16,497 nucleotides of DNA from a virus, in UHGV virus genome UHGV-0097332. One strand, 5' to 3'. This document shows, one piece after another, positions 15,432 to 16,497 of the stretch. The notes under the pieces were generated by a model that was not told the origin of the DNA, did not search any database, and worked only from the letters and a program-made list of their open reading frames with translations. The translations under genes were made by a program, and so were the position numbers. Every line of letters starts with the position of its first letter. The stretch's first letter is position 1.

Positions 15432-15947
15432 ATGGCGTTAACACACCGCGAACTCTGTCAGATTGCGTACAAGTTCCTTAAGCGCAACGGGTTCAAGGTT
15501 TGTTTTCATGACCGCTTTATAGCTGTAACCAGTACCGGAGAACAGCCAGATGCTATGGGATTCAGAAATTCAGCATCATGCCTGATAGAGGCGAAATGTT
15601 CTCGTGCTGACTTGTTGGCAGACAGAAAAAAGCGTTTTCGTAAAAATCCGTCTCTTGGAATGGGCGACTGGCGATTCTTTATTAGTGAGCCGGGAATTAT
15701 TTCAATTGAGGATTTACCACCTGGCTGGGGATTACTTCACGTTGTTAACGGAAGAGTACGGAAAGTACATGGGTGGCCCAAGGGTAATTGCTGTTGGGGT
15801 AATCCTGACGATAAGCCATTTACTGGAAATAAGCAGGTTGAATGCGATTACATGTTATCGGCATTAAGGCGCATGGAGTTGAGAGGGCACCTTAATGAAA
15901 TATATGACGGTGTAATTGTTAATAAGAAAGAAGGAAACGCGGCATGA
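15432..15947 (+). CDS. Hypothetical 171-aa protein
   Basis: ATG at 15432, one nt after the upstream stop, with a GGAGAG ribosome-binding site. The ORF-track extension back to 15270 overlaps the upstream gene and is discounted. No family recognised. Confidence 0.55.
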   Translation: MALTHRELCQIAYKFLKRNGFKVCFHDRFIAVTSTGEQPDAMGFRNSASCLIEAKCSRADLLADRKKRFRKNPSLGMGDWRFFISEPGIISIEDLPPGWGLLHVVNGRVRKVHGWPKGNCCWGNPDDKPFTGNKQVECDYMLSALRRMELRGHLNEIYDGVIVNKKEGNAA

Positions 15948-16497
15948 CCACTATTACCAAAGAACGCCTGCTGACAATCCAGCAGTGGCGCGAAACATAC
16001 GGACCGGGTAGCAACGTTGTACTGCCAGCAGAAGAAGCGGAAGAACTGGCACGAATTGCACTGGCATCACTGGAAGCAGAACCAGTTGCTTATATTTTCA
16101 AACATCCGGCCGGAAAATTATTCTGGACTTTGACGGATGAAAGCAATAAAGATCAATCGGACGTTATTCCTGTTTATGCTGCCGCGCCTGCGCCAGTAGT
16201 GCCGGATAATGCATCAGGGTCTCTTGCTTATGCTTACAAAGAGCTTACGCCTGAGATTATGCGCAACCATTTAGCTGTATTCGAGCGATATGGAATAGCC
16301 CCAAACGATAGCACTACCACAATTCAGGCACTGCGAATCGCGCTGGATGGTATAGAGCGGAGCGACGCCATGCTTCAGGGTAAATCCGAACAACCACAAA
16401 ACGCACAACAAAATATTCCGGAAAATATTCCCGGTGGCAACTCTCCGGTAACTCCGGATGGTTGGATAAGCTGTAGTGCGCGAATGCCTGAAAAGGG
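15944..16497 (+). CDS. Hypothetical protein, 3'-truncated by the window end
   Basis: ATG overlaps the upstream stop (ATGA). The frame stays open for 184 codons to the window end (MTTITKERLLTIQQWRETYGPGSN...DGWISCSARMPEK). Absent from the ORF track, presumably because no stop lies in the window. Confidence 0.5.
   Translation, partial: MTTITKERLLTIQQWRETYGPGSNVVLPAEEAEELARIALASLEAEPVAYIFKHPAGKLFWTLTDESNKDQSDVIPVYAAAPAPVVPDNASGSLAYAYKELTPEIMRNHLAVFERYGIAPNDSTTTIQALRIALDGIERSDAMLQGKSEQPQNAQQNIPENIPGGNSPVTPDGWISCSARMPEK

Overview
This window is the early/immunity/late-control region of a mosaic lambdoid phage or prophage (enterobacterial), presented reverse-complemented relative to the usual lambda map. 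All calls come from reading the sequence and the ORF track and from recalled protein-family knowledge; no database search was run. Order along the + strand: Rz (partial), SAR endolysin and pinholin of the phage-21 type (minus strand), two tRNA-like genes, tR', pR', lambda Q, a nin region (NinH, RusA, YbcO-like, KilAC-domain protein, NinF, orf126, NinE, NinB), a small membrane ORF, an AT-rich HNH-AP2 homing-endonuclease gene, a DnaB-type helicase, an O-like initiator with internal ori iterons, cII-like, nutR, lambda cro, OR/pR/pRM, lambda cI, then pL/OL, nutL, an N-like antiterminator, early-left genes (an antisense zinc-ribbon gene, cIII, kil, a P-loop ATPase plus partner, and several unknowns). 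The most interesting feature is that the slot lambda uses for rexA-rexB (between cI and the immunity terminator) holds an unrelated two-gene cassette: a 145-aa soluble protein and a small coiled-coil protein with a C-terminal transmembrane helix. This is a candidate lysogen-expressed phage-exclusion/abortive-infection system that I do not recognise.
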